From the NCBI GenBank assembly GCA_023248155.1, contig JAHFFE010000002.1, positions 256,864-320,863 on the forward strand: a DNA stretch of 64,000 nt. Reading direction: 5' to 3'. Both the position numbers and the translations under genes were made by a program. Numbering within the stretch: the first letter of the stretch is position 1; each line of letters opens with the position of its first letter. Below are positions 53,269-61,054 of this stretch, one piece after another. Under the pieces are notes generated by a model. It worked only from the letters and a program-made list of their open reading frames with translations, did not search any database and was not told the origin of the DNA. The stretch is from Candidatus Omnitrophota bacterium (GTDB taxonomy: Bacteria; Omnitrophota; Gorgyraeia; 1-14-0-20-64-10).

Positions 53269-53285
53269 CGCAAAAAGTTTGGCGA

Positions 53286-53348
53286 ATAGCGGTACCGGGT
53301 ACCGCGGGGACAGGTTAAAATAGATCCGGCACTTTTGGAAACGGTACC
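53286..53348. repeat. Intergenic repeat pair: Y-type repeat (ATAgCGGTACCGGGTACCGCGGGGACA) plus inverted X-type repeat
   Basis: 53286-53312 matches the Y repeats at 54121-54147 and 54156-54182. The reverse complement of 53326-53348 is GGTACCgTTTCCAAAAGTGCCGG, which matches the X repeats. Confidence 0.7.
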
Positions 53349-53395
53349 TAACAGTAACTAGGTGACGTGGGAATCAAACTATTGAGAGGGTTAAG

Positions 53396-54073
53396 GTGAA
53401 GTTTTTGAGAGGTTTCTTGTTAATAGTCCTTCTAGTGGCTTCGCAGGGGTGTGCTTTGGGAGTACTGGCTAATGGGCCAAAGGGTTTGAACGCGATCAAG
53501 CATATGACGGAGATAGTCTCTGACCCTCCAGGAGCTCGAATTGAGATTAATAATCGATATATTGGCAATACGCCACTTACAGTAGAAATTCCTCGCGGAT
53601 ACACTTGGATGAAAGATGATTATTTCAGTCCAAAGCGCATAACAGGTTTCGAAGCAGTGAAGATCACGGCTTATCCGGAGCCTCCGACGGAAGGAGTTTA
53701 CTATGTTCAAACAAAGATTCTCGATTCAAATGAACCGACTCCTTACAATCTCTCCTTTACCATGTGGCTAGAACCTGCTTTTGTTCGTCAAGAAAGAGAG
53801 CATAGAGTACAAGAGGAAGATCGTCAGAGAAAAACCTATGAGGCTTTAAATAGCTGGATAGGCCACACAAAGACAGAACTTCTAGAGCAATGGGGTCCTC
53901 CTACCCAAGTTATTACGAACAAGGAGCAAGATGTCCTTGCATATGATAATTCGGTTCAAATGACTGTGCCTGTGGGATCGGCTGGCCAGCGGTTAATTGT
54001 GAAATCAGGGAAGTATGTAATGTTTTGGATAGATGCCAAGGAAAAAATTTATAAAGTCACATGGAAGGATTAA
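53396..54073 (+). CDS. PEGA-domain lipoprotein
   Basis: GTG start with RBS aagg. Lipobox LLVASQGC. …SDPPGARIEINNRYIGNTPLTVEIPRG… matches the PEGA domain pattern. AT-rich. Confidence 0.65.
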   Translation: MKFLRGFLLIVLLVASQGCALGVLANGPKGLNAIKHMTEIVSDPPGARIEINNRYIGNTPLTVEIPRGYTWMKDDYFSPKRITGFEAVKITAYPEPPTEGVYYVQTKILDSNEPTPYNLSFTMWLEPAFVRQEREHRVQEEDRQRKTYEALNSWIGHTKTELLEQWGPPTQVITNKEQDVLAYDNSVQMTVPVGSAGQRLIVKSGKYVMFWIDAKEKIYKVTWKD

Positions 54074-54081
54074 TCATGAAG

Positions 54082-54218
54082 AGTACCATTTCCAAAAGTG
54101 CCGGGTCTGAGCTTGTGTGGATAACGGTACCGGATACCGTGGGGACAGCGTGAGCATAACGGTACCGGGTACCGCGGGGACACCCGTAGGGTACCATTTC
54201 CAAAAGTGCCGGGTCTGA
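54082..54218 (+). repeat. Nested direct-repeat block X-Y-Y-X filling the intergenic region
   Basis: X1 spans 54082-54110 and X2 spans 54190-54218 (aGTACCATTTCCAAAAGTGCCGGGTCTGA, 28 of 29 identical). Y2 spans 54121-54147 and Y3 spans 54156-54182 (ATAACGGTACCGGrTACCGyGGGGACA). Spacers are 7-10 nt. Confidence 0.8.
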
Positions 54219-54239
54219 TTGATTAGCAGGGGTGGTGTT

Positions 54240-54566
54240 ATGATGCTTAAGACCAAAATTTTTAGCGCGGGTTTTTTGGGCGGGTTAATTCTGGCCCTTT
54301 TTCTGAATCTTCTGCCTTATTGGAAAACAAAAGGGGCTTTGGCGTGGGATGGTGCTGAGTATGCCGGATTTCCATTCCATTTCTATGAGCGATGGGCAGG
54401 TGAGATGCTGCCAGGGGCAACGACCAATTTAACAGCCCATTTTCTTATGGTGAATTTATTGGGTGACATAGGTGTTGGAGTCGCATTCGCGATAATTTTA
54501 GGTGTTTTGTGTGTCATGGCGCGTAATCGTGCCGGGTTCAATAAAGCATTGGGCGGGGACAGGTAG
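54240..54566 (+). CDS. Hypothetical small membrane protein (3 TM)
   Basis: The ATG at 54240 gives MMLKTKIFSAGFLGGLILALFLNLL…. The track ORF starts at TTG 54219, inside repeat X2. Confidence 0.5.
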   Translation: MMLKTKIFSAGFLGGLILALFLNLLPYWKTKGALAWDGAEYAGFPFHFYERWAGEMLPGATTNLTAHFLMVNLLGDIGVGVAFAIILGVLCVMARNRAGFNKALGGDR

Positions 54567-54584
54567 TAAAGTCCCCGTTTTTTT
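54554..54584 (+). terminator. Intrinsic terminator
   Basis: cggggac-aggtagtaaa-gtccccg followed by ttttttt. The stop codon lies in the loop. Confidence 0.75.
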
Positions 54585-54625
54585 CTGGCCACGATATTGC
54601 TGAATCAGCATAAATATTATTTGGG

Positions 54626-55075
54626 GTGATGCTCGACTCCGATCTGGCAGAGTTGTATGGTGTTCCCACGAAAGTTCTAAACCAAGCGGTAAAGAGAAAC
54701 GAGGAGCGATTTCCCGAAGGTTTTATGTTCCAATTGAATCAAGCAGAGTATAAATCTCTAAGGTCACAATTTGTGACCTTAGAGAAAGGGCGTGGAAAAT
54801 ATCCAAAATACCTCCCCCTGGTATTTACCGAACAGGGAGTCGCGATGCTCTCCAGTGTATTGCGCAGCAAGCGAGCAATTCAGGTGAACATTGCCATCAT
54901 GAAAACCTTCGTGAAGCTCCGGGAATTGTTATCAACCCACAGGGATCTTGCTGAAAAGCTGGCCACGCTGGAAAGCAAGTACGACTCGCAATTTAAGGTG
55001 GTTTTTGAAGCAATCCGCCAGTTAATGCTTCCTCCCGAAACGCCCCGCCGCAAAATAGGATTCCATTCGGATTAA
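54626..55075 (+). CDS. ORF6N/KilA-N-type DNA-binding domain protein (phage antirepressor-like)
   Basis: [37 protein letters not shown]…[31 protein letters not shown]… matches the ORF6N domain consensus. Shorter than typical at the N-terminus; a stop lies 15 nt upstream in frame. Confidence 0.8.
   Translation: MMLDSDLAELYGVPTKVLNQAVKRNEERFPEGFMFQLNQAEYKSLRSQFVTLEKGRGKYPKYLPLVFTEQGVAMLSSVLRSKRAIQVNIAIMKTFVKLRELLSTHRDLAEKLATLESKYDSQFKVVFEAIRQLMLPPETPRRKIGFHSD
54756..54784 (+). other. 29-bp perfect palindrome inside the ORF6N coding sequence (ctctaaGGTCACAAtTTGTGACCttagag)
   Basis: 14-bp perfectly complementary arms around a single central T. The 17-bp core GGTCACAATTTGTGACC is identical to the terminator hairpin at 55080-55112. 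Encodes [10 protein letters not shown]. Confidence 0.8.
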
Positions 55076-55079
55076 ATTG

Positions 55080-55114
55080 AAACTTGAGGTCACAATTTGT
55101 GACCTCAAGTTTTT
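55080..55114 (+). terminator. Intrinsic terminator of the ORF6N gene (second copy of the GGTCACAATTTGTGACC palindrome)
   Basis: gaaacttgaGGTCACAAtTTGTGACCtcaagttt, a 14-16-bp stem followed by ttttt, 5 nt after the stop codon. Confidence 0.75.
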
Positions 55115-55119
55115 AGCAA

Positions 55120-55162
55120 GGTACCATTTGCGGTGATGCCGGGTTAAAATAAACCCAATCAG
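55120..55162 (+). repeat. Upstream motif C (GGTACCATTTgCGGtGaTGCCGGGTTAaAATAaaCCCAatCAg) abutting the next start codon
   Basis: Shares GGTACCATTTcC…GTGCCGGGT with the X repeats and shares …TGCCGGGTTA-AATA--CCCA-CA with motif D at 55986-56029. Ends 1 nt before the ATG at 55163. Confidence 0.7.
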
Positions 55163-55978
55163 ATGACCCGATTCGTTCACCGATCTCTCGCCGCTGGGCT
55201 GTTGGTGCTGAGCCTTTTCACGGGTTCGGCAAGCGCGCGAGATTTTCTGTTTACAGAAGCAGAATCGGATTGCTTTGCCCAGATGATTTTCATGAATGAA
55301 TGTTCGGGCAGAGAAGAAAAGTTGCTTTACTGGTCGCCCGATGAGGCGTTTCCATCGCTTGGGATCGGGCATTTTATCTGGTACCCCGAAAATGCCTCGG
55401 GCTCTTACCTGGAAACATTCCCGGCATTTCTTGGTTTTGCTAAAGAGATCCATCTGATGATCCCGCCCTGGATTGTCGCACTGCCAAACAAACACTGCCC
55501 CTGGCAGTCGCGCGAGGAGTTTCTGCGAGATCTTCCCAGCGACCGCGTACGCGAGTTGCGGGCTTTCCTGAGCAACACGAAAAGCGAGCAGGCGCAGTTT
55601 ATCGGCCGCCGTTTTATGCGGGTTTTTCCTCGGATTCTTGACGATCTCAACGAGTCGGATCGTGAAGCTACTCAACAGAAATACGATCTTTTGATGCGGC
55701 GTCGCGAGGCGACTTTTGCCATGATCGACTATGTCAATTTTAAAGGGGAAGGACTGCGCGCGGATGCCCGTTATGACGGGATGGGGTGGGGTCTTGCCCA
55801 TGTTCTTATTGAGATGAATATTCCGGACGATCCCGAGAAAGCCCTCGATGAATTTATCCTGGCGGCGGAACGGGTGCTTGAAAGGCGAGTGAGCCGCTCT
55901 CCGAGGCCGGAAATCGAAGCGAAATGGCTGCCCGGCTGGAAAAATCGCGTTAGAAGCTACTCGAGAATCAAGTGTTGA
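55163..55978 (+). CDS. Hypothetical secreted protein
   Basis: Signal peptide MTRFVHRSLAAGLLVLSLFTGSASA. No recognisable domain. High GC (~65%), unlike the preceding AT-rich genes. Confidence 0.6.
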   Translation: MTRFVHRSLAAGLLVLSLFTGSASARDFLFTEAESDCFAQMIFMNECSGREEKLLYWSPDEAFPSLGIGHFIWYPENASGSYLETFPAFLGFAKEIHLMIPPWIVALPNKHCPWQSREEFLRDLPSDRVRELRAFLSNTKSEQAQFIGRRFMRVFPRILDDLNESDREATQQKYDLLMRRREATFAMIDYVNFKGEGLRADARYDGMGWGLAHVLIEMNIPDDPEKALDEFILAAERVLERRVSRSPRPEIEAKWLPGWKNRVRSYSRIKC

Positions 55979-55985
55979 TCAGCAG

Positions 55986-56029
55986 GGTACCATTTCCGGC
56001 GGTGCCGGGTTAGAATAGGCCCAGCAAGG
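55986..56029 (+). repeat. Upstream motif D (GGTACCATTTCCGGCGGTGCCGGGTTAGAATAGGCCCAGCAAGG)
   Basis: Paralogous to motif C. Ends 3 nt before the GTG at 56033 and 12 nt before the ATG at 56042. Confidence 0.7.
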
Positions 56030-56041
56030 GGGGTGTCTTCG

Positions 56042-56410
56042 ATGCATGAAAAGAAACACCAAAAAGTAGCGCCCGTTTCAATTTTTGTAAAGAGAATGAC
56101 GATCTATGTAGGCGTCGTTCTTTCGCTGATGGTCTGCGCTTTGTTTATTGGCGTTGCCGGATACCATTGGTTGGCGGGCCTGAGCTGGGTTGATTCTCTT
56201 TTAAATGCCTCGATGATCCTGGGCGGAATGGGGCCTGTTAATGTTCTGCCTAATGCCGCTTCGAAGGTGTTCGCCTCAGCGTTCGCTCTTTTTAGCGGAA
56301 TATTTTTTATCGCGATGATGGGGATCCTTTTTGTGCCGATTATGCACCGGGTGCTTCACAAATTTCATGCCGAGGAGAAAGATTTTCAGCAAAAATCAAA
56401 AAGAGAATAA
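56042..56410 (+). CDS. Hypothetical membrane protein (3 TM)
   Basis: MHEKKHQKVAPVSIFVKRMTIYVGVVLSLMVCALFIGVAGY…. An alternative GTG start lies at 56033. Confidence 0.5.
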   Translation: MHEKKHQKVAPVSIFVKRMTIYVGVVLSLMVCALFIGVAGYHWLAGLSWVDSLLNASMILGGMGPVNVLPNAASKVFASAFALFSGIFFIAMMGILFVPIMHRVLHKFHAEEKDFQQKSKRE

Positions 56411-56420
56411 AGGAGCATTC

Positions 56421-56714
56421 GTGGCGCAAATAACCGTAGTCGCAAAGGCAAAAGCCAAACCGGGATCTGAAAAAGAGCTGCAGCGGGCGCTGGAAGCGGT
56501 GGTCGCGCCGACCCGTCAGGAAAAGGGCTGTTTATCGTATGTTCTGCATCAGGGCGCAGAAGACCCCGCCTTGTTTGTATTCATTGAACAATGGGAATCC
56601 CGCGAGGCGCTTAAAGAGCATTTCAACAAGCCGTATGTTCAAGCCTTGTTTATGAATCTGCCCGCGTTAATTGCCGGCGCTCCGGAAATCCTGACGCTTT
56701 CTGAGGTATCTTGA
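56421..56714 (+). CDS. Antibiotic-biosynthesis-monooxygenase (ABM) domain protein
   Basis: GTG at 56421 preceded by aggag. MAQITVVAKAKAKPGSEKELQRALEAVVAPTRQEKGCLSYVLHQ…FVFIEQWESREALKEHF… is a ferredoxin-like ABM fold signature, ~97 aa. The track ORF starts at 56331, inside the upstream gene. Confidence 0.7.
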   Translation: MAQITVVAKAKAKPGSEKELQRALEAVVAPTRQEKGCLSYVLHQGAEDPALFVFIEQWESREALKEHFNKPYVQALFMNLPALIAGAPEILTLSEVS

Positions 56715-56854
56715 CCGAAAAAATCGGTTTGTGGTACATTACCTTATGGCGTACTTGGTACCATCCTCAGCACTAAAAACTCTCGCAATACCGGAAAATT
56801 CCGCGCCATCTTTTTCTGTCCAACCATCTTATTATTCAAGGGAGATTCTGTCTC

Positions 56855-58015
56855 ATGGGTGAATATATTGGAGTCGGCCGCAAGGCGCGCCGCTGTTACG
56901 GGTTTGATGAAATCGCCCTGGTTCCGGGCAACGTAACGATCAATCCGAACGAGGTTGATGTTTCCTGGAAATTGGGCAAGCAGCAGTACCGCGTGCCGAT
57001 TATTGCCAGCGCGATGGATGGCGTGGTCGATGTGAAGGTGGCCATCGCGTTCGGCAAGCATGGCGGTTTGGGTGTGTTGAACCTGGAAGGGGTGCAGACC
57101 CGCTACGAAGAGCCGGAAGAATTGTTGTCGAAGGTGCGCGCCGCTACTCCCGAAGAAGCAACCGAACTTTTGCAGAAAATTTACCGCGAACCGGTGAAAG
57201 AGAAACTGGTTTCCAAGCGGATTGAAGAAATTAAAGCGGCCGGCGTTTCAGCCGCGGTCTCAGCGATTCCGCAGCGGGCCGCGCGGTTCGGGCCGCTCGC
57301 GCAGGAAGCCGGCGTTGATGTATTCGTCGTGCAGTCGACGGTCTCCACGGTAAAACATATTTCCACAGAATATGAATCACTCGATATCAAGAAATTGTGC
57401 AAGACGATGAAGGCGCCGGTCATCGCCGGCAACTGTGTGACTTATCAGGTGGCGCTGGAATTAATGCAGTGCGGCGTCTCCGGCGTGCTGGTGGGCATCG
57501 GGCCGGGTGCGGCCTGCACCACGCGCGGCGTGCTGGGCATTGGCGTTCCGCAGGTTTCGGCCACGGTTGACTGCGCGGCTGCCCGCGACGCGTACTACAA
57601 GAAAACCAAACGGTATGTGGCGATCATTACCGACGGCGGCATGCGCACCGGCGGCGATGTCTGCAAGGCGTTTGCCTGCGGTTCCGACGCGGTCATGATC
57701 GGGTCGCCGTTCGCGCGCGCGAAAGAAGCGCCGGGCGGCGGATATCACTGGGGCATGGCGACACCGCACGCGAACCTGCCGCGCGGCACGCGCATTCAGG
57801 TGGGTGTCACCGGTACGCTCGATGAAATTTTATACGGACCGGCCCGCACCGACGACGGCACCCAGAATTTGATGGGCGCTCTGTCGACGGCGATGGGTTC
57901 GGTCGGCGCCAAAACCATCAAGGAATTCCAGAAGACGGAAATCATCATCGCGCCGTCCATTCAGACTGAAGGGAAACTGGCCCAGCGGACGCAGCGCGTC
58001 GGCATGGGGAAGTGA
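56855..58015 (+). CDS. IMP dehydrogenase-related protein (GuaB-like TIM barrel without CBS pair)
   Basis: 386 aa. MGEYIGVGRKARRCYGFDEIALVPGNVTINPNEVDVSWKLG…IIASAMDGVV…GIGPGAACTTRGVLGIGVPQ… is IMPDH-family, comparable to the 'GuaB3' type. Confidence 0.75.
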   Translation: MGEYIGVGRKARRCYGFDEIALVPGNVTINPNEVDVSWKLGKQQYRVPIIASAMDGVVDVKVAIAFGKHGGLGVLNLEGVQTRYEEPEELLSKVRAATPEEATELLQKIYREPVKEKLVSKRIEEIKAAGVSAAVSAIPQRAARFGPLAQEAGVDVFVVQSTVSTVKHISTEYESLDIKKLCKTMKAPVIAGNCVTYQVALELMQCGVSGVLVGIGPGAACTTRGVLGIGVPQVSATVDCAAARDAYYKKTKRYVAIITDGGMRTGGDVCKAFACGSDAVMIGSPFARAKEAPGGGYHWGMATPHANLPRGTRIQVGVTGTLDEILYGPARTDDGTQNLMGALSTAMGSVGAKTIKEFQKTEIIIAPSIQTEGKLAQRTQRVGMGK

Positions 58016-58067
58016 CATTCGGTTGCAACCGAATGTCATCCCCGAATTGCTTTTGTCGGGGATCTTA
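58013..58067 (+). repeat. 26-bp perfect palindrome plus hairpin repeat R copy 2
   Basis: 58013-58038 is TGACATTCGGTT-GC-AACCGAATGTCA, starting at the stop codon. 58035-58067 is gtcATCCCCGAattgcttttgTCGGGGATctta, which matches 52016-52047. Confidence 0.7.
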
Positions 58068-58069
58068 GA

Positions 58070-59173
58070 ATGACTACAAAGGTTTCTGTCTTTGGTTTAA
58101 CGCTCGATGAATTGACCGCCTGGATGGTCGAGCATGGCCAGCCGGTTTACCGCGCCCGCCAGATTTTTCAGGCGATCTATCACCGGCCGCTGACCGGGTT
58201 CTCCGATTTAAAAGAAATTCCGCAACCGCTGCGCGAGCAGCTGGCCGCCTCATTTTCATTTGCTACGATTAATACGCTTGAGCATCAGCTTTCCGTCGAC
58301 GGCACGCAAAAATGGCTGCTGGGGCTCGACGATCAGCAGACGATTGAAACGGTAATGATCCCGGCCCCTGTTTTAAAAAGCCGCACCGGTGCCGACAAAG
58401 AAGAAACCTCTTCGCGCAGAACGGTTTGCGCTTCCACGCAGGTCGGTTGCGCGTTCGGCTGCGCGTTTTGCGCCAGCGGATTAAAAGGCCTCAAGCGCAA
58501 TTTAACCACCGGCGAAATTGTTCAGCAAATTCTGCTGGTTGAGCAGGGGCTCGGCAAAGAACGGGTCTCGAACATTGTCTTCATGGGCATGGGCGAGCCG
58601 CTGGCCAATTACGATAATCTGATCAAGGCGATCCGCATCATTAACTCCGAGCAGGGGCTTAAAATCGGCGCGCGCAAGATTACGATTTCCACAGTCGGTC
58701 TGGTTCCGATGATTGAGCGGTTAGCCAAAGAAGGGCTGCAGTTGGAACTGGCGATTTCATTGCACGCGTCGAATGACCGGCTGCGCGAGCAGATTATGCC
58801 GGTCAACCGCAAATATAAAATGGAAGAGTTGATTGCCGCCTGCCGCGCCTATGCGGGCGCGACGAAGCGGATGCTTACCTTTGAATATATCCTGATTGAC
58901 GGATTGAACGACGGCATCGCGCAGGCCAAGGAACTGGCCGAGTTGCTGAAAGGCCTGCTTTGCAAGGTGAACCTGATTCCGTGCCATCCGATTCCGGGTA
59001 CGCCCTGGGGCCGGCCGCCGCAACTGCGGATGATCGCATTTGAGCGGCAGCTGCGCAACAGCGGCGTGCAATGCACGCTGCGCCGGTCGCGCGGGCTTGA
59101 TATCGACGGCGCTTGCGGCCAGCTTCGTCTGCGAAAAGAAGGTTCCGCCGGCGCACCCGCGGAGGTAAAATAG
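58070..59173 (+). CDS. rlmN: 23S rRNA/tRNA adenine-C2 methyltransferase (radical SAM)
   Basis: …[20 protein letters not shown]… is a CxxxCxxC radical-SAM motif in the RlmN context (…[12 protein letters not shown]…). Confidence 0.9.
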   Translation: MTTKVSVFGLTLDELTAWMVEHGQPVYRARQIFQAIYHRPLTGFSDLKEIPQPLREQLAASFSFATINTLEHQLSVDGTQKWLLGLDDQQTIETVMIPAPVLKSRTGADKEETSSRRTVCASTQVGCAFGCAFCASGLKGLKRNLTTGEIVQQILLVEQGLGKERVSNIVFMGMGEPLANYDNLIKAIRIINSEQGLKIGARKITISTVGLVPMIERLAKEGLQLELAISLHASNDRLREQIMPVNRKYKMEELIAACRAYAGATKRMLTFEYILIDGLNDGIAQAKELAELLKGLLCKVNLIPCHPIPGTPWGRPPQLRMIAFERQLRNSGVQCTLRRSRGLDIDGACGQLRLRKEGSAGAPAEVK

Positions 59174-59177
59174 AAGA

Positions 59178-60725
59178 ATGTCAGCCCCGCAGGAAACCGT
59201 TCTCGTTTTAGATTTCGGATCTCAGTACGCGCAGTTGATCGCGCGGCGTGTGCGCGAGCTCAATGTGTTCTGTAAAATCGTTCCGTTTAAAATTTCCCCC
59301 GAAGAGATCCGCCGCGAAAATCCCAAAGGAATTATTCTTTCCGGCGGGCCGGCCTCGGTCTGGGCCGAAGCGTCGCCCAAGCCGCACGCCGATCTATTTA
59401 AAACGGAAATCCCGACGCTCGGCATCTGCTACGGCATGCAGTTAATGGGGCAGATGATGGGCGGCGATGTATCCCGGGCATCGCACCGCGAATTCGGCAA
59501 AGCCGATTTCTTCGTCGATCAGCCGCAGGGGCTGCTGAACGGTTTGCCCAACTCGATTATTTCCTGGATGAGCCACGGCGATTATGTGACCAAACTTCCG
59601 TCGGGGTTTCAGGCGATCGGTCATACCGAGAACACGGCGATCGCCGCGATGGCCAACGCGCCCGCCAAAAAATACGCGCTGCAGTTTCATCCCGAAGTGG
59701 CGCATACGGCGATGGGTAAAGATATCCTGAAGAACTTTTTGTATGCGATCTGCGGCTGTAAAGGCGAGTGGACCTCGCAGTCGTTCGTCGAAACCAGCGT
59801 GGCCGAAATTCGCGCGCAGGTGGGTGAGAATAAAGTGGTCCTCGGGCTTTCCGGTGGTGTCGATTCGTCGGCGGCGGCGCTGCTGCTGCACAAGGCGATC
59901 GGCAAGAACCTGATTCCGATCTTTGTGGATACCGGCATGCTGCGCAAGAATGAGCGCGCGCAGGTGATTGAGATGTTTGAAAAGCATTTCGGCATTCCGC
60001 TCTGCGTGGTCGACGGTGAAAAACAATTTTTGCATGAGTTGGCCGGCGTGGTTGAACCGGAGAAGAAACGAAAAATCATCGGACGGTTGTTTGTGGAATG
60101 TTTCGATGCCGAAGCGAAGAAACATCCCGACGCGAAATTTCTGGCGCAGGGAACGTTGTACCCCGATGTGATCGAATCGCAGTCGGCGTTCGGCGGGCCA
60201 TCGGCCGTTATCAAGACGCACCACAACGTGGGTGGGCTTCCGGAGCGGATGAATTTGAAACTGGTCGAGCCGCTGCGGTTTTTATTTAAAGATGAAGTGC
60301 GCGAAATCGGCAAGGTGCTGGGCCTGCCCGAGAAAATGTTGCAGCGGCACCCATTCCCGGGGCCGGGGCTGGCGATACGAATTTTGGGTGAGGTCACCAA
60401 AGAACGGCTGGACCTGTTGCGCGAAGCCGACGCGCGCTTTATTGAAGAACTCGAGAAGAGCGGGCAATATTCCAAAACCTGGCAGGCGTTCGCAGTGCTG
60501 CTGCCGGTAAAAACGGTCGGCGTGATGGGCGACGAGCGGACCTACGAGCATGTGGCCGCGCTGCGCGCGGTGACCAGTACCGACGGCATGACGGCCGACT
60601 GGGCGCGCCTGCCGCCGGAACTGCTCGAGAAAGTTTCAAACCGGATCATTAACGAAGTACGCGGCATCAACCGGGTGGCGTATGACATTACCAGCAAGCC
60701 GCCCGGCACAATCGAGTGGGAATAA
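59178..60725 (+). CDS. guaA: GMP synthase (glutamine-hydrolysing)
   Basis: N-terminal class-I GATase (…GICYGMQLM…) and ATP-PPase P-loop SGGVDSS, with the C-terminal dimerisation domain …IEWE. Confidence 0.95.
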   Translation: MSAPQETVLVLDFGSQYAQLIARRVRELNVFCKIVPFKISPEEIRRENPKGIILSGGPASVWAEASPKPHADLFKTEIPTLGICYGMQLMGQMMGGDVSRASHREFGKADFFVDQPQGLLNGLPNSIISWMSHGDYVTKLPSGFQAIGHTENTAIAAMANAPAKKYALQFHPEVAHTAMGKDILKNFLYAICGCKGEWTSQSFVETSVAEIRAQVGENKVVLGLSGGVDSSAAALLLHKAIGKNLIPIFVDTGMLRKNERAQVIEMFEKHFGIPLCVVDGEKQFLHELAGVVEPEKKRKIIGRLFVECFDAEAKKHPDAKFLAQGTLYPDVIESQSAFGGPSAVIKTHHNVGGLPERMNLKLVEPLRFLFKDEVREIGKVLGLPEKMLQRHPFPGPGLAIRILGEVTKERLDLLREADARFIEELEKSGQYSKTWQAFAVLLPVKTVGVMGDERTYEHVAALRAVTSTDGMTADWARLPPELLEKVSNRIINEVRGINRVAYDITSKPPGTIEWE

Positions 60726-60741
60726 AATGGAGGGATTAACA

Positions 60742-60996
60742 ATGATGGGTGCACACGGTCTCGCTATGTCATTATTGCCCGCGGCAGTTGGTTACTGGGT
60801 ACTGATCGCTTCAGGAAAAGAAAAAGATGATGTTAAGAAGCTGGGCAAATGGCTGGGTATCGCGATCATCGCGCTGAGCGTTCTGGGAACCGCTTGTAAA
60901 GTTTATTATTGCGCGATGGGAAAAATGGGTATGTGCCAGTCGAAGATGGCTTGTCCGATGGCGGGTAAGCCGGCTCCGATGGCTCCGCAAGGTTAA
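60742..60996 (+). CDS. Hypothetical small membrane protein with Met/Cys-rich C-terminus
   Basis: The ATG at 60742 is preceded by ggaggg and gives MMGAHGLAMSLLPAAVGYWVLIAS…KVYYCAMGKMGMCQSKMACPMAGKPAPMAPQG. Confidence 0.5.
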   Translation: MMGAHGLAMSLLPAAVGYWVLIASGKEKDDVKKLGKWLGIAIIALSVLGTACKVYYCAMGKMGMCQSKMACPMAGKPAPMAPQG

Positions 60997-61004
60997 CCAA
61001 ATCA

Positions 61005-61037
61005 GGGCCGGGTCTTTTATAGGCTCGGCCCTTTTTT
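61005..61037 (+). terminator. Intrinsic terminator
   Basis: gggccg, a 15-nt loop, then cggccc followed by ttttttat. Confidence 0.6.
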
Positions 61038-61054
61038 ATCGGGTCTGTTGAGTT

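Noticed and set aside
54082-54218. Possible CRISPR array, prompted by regularly spaced ~27-29-bp direct repeats.
   Set aside because: There are only two copies each of two different repeat types, separated by 7-10-nt gaps with no spacers. No cas genes or leader are present. It fits an intergenic repeat or operator block better.
54082-54218. Sigma-54 promoter reading of the X motif on the minus strand (GGCAC-N5-…).
   Set aside because: The -12 element TTGC(A/T) is absent at the correct spacing from the GGCAC; only the -24-like half matches.
54074-54256. 60-aa minus-strand ORF over the X-Y-Y-X repeat block.
   Set aside because: Its internal repeat peptide (TRHFWKWY twice) merely mirrors the DNA repeats. 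It has no RBS and is antisense to the repeat structure.
55022-55801. 259-aa minus-strand ORF spanning the ORF6N terminator, motif C and most of the secreted-protein gene.
   Set aside because: It runs through a strong terminator hairpin and an intergenic repeat, and has no start context. The + strand gene has a signal peptide and sits behind the conserved upstream motif like its neighbours.
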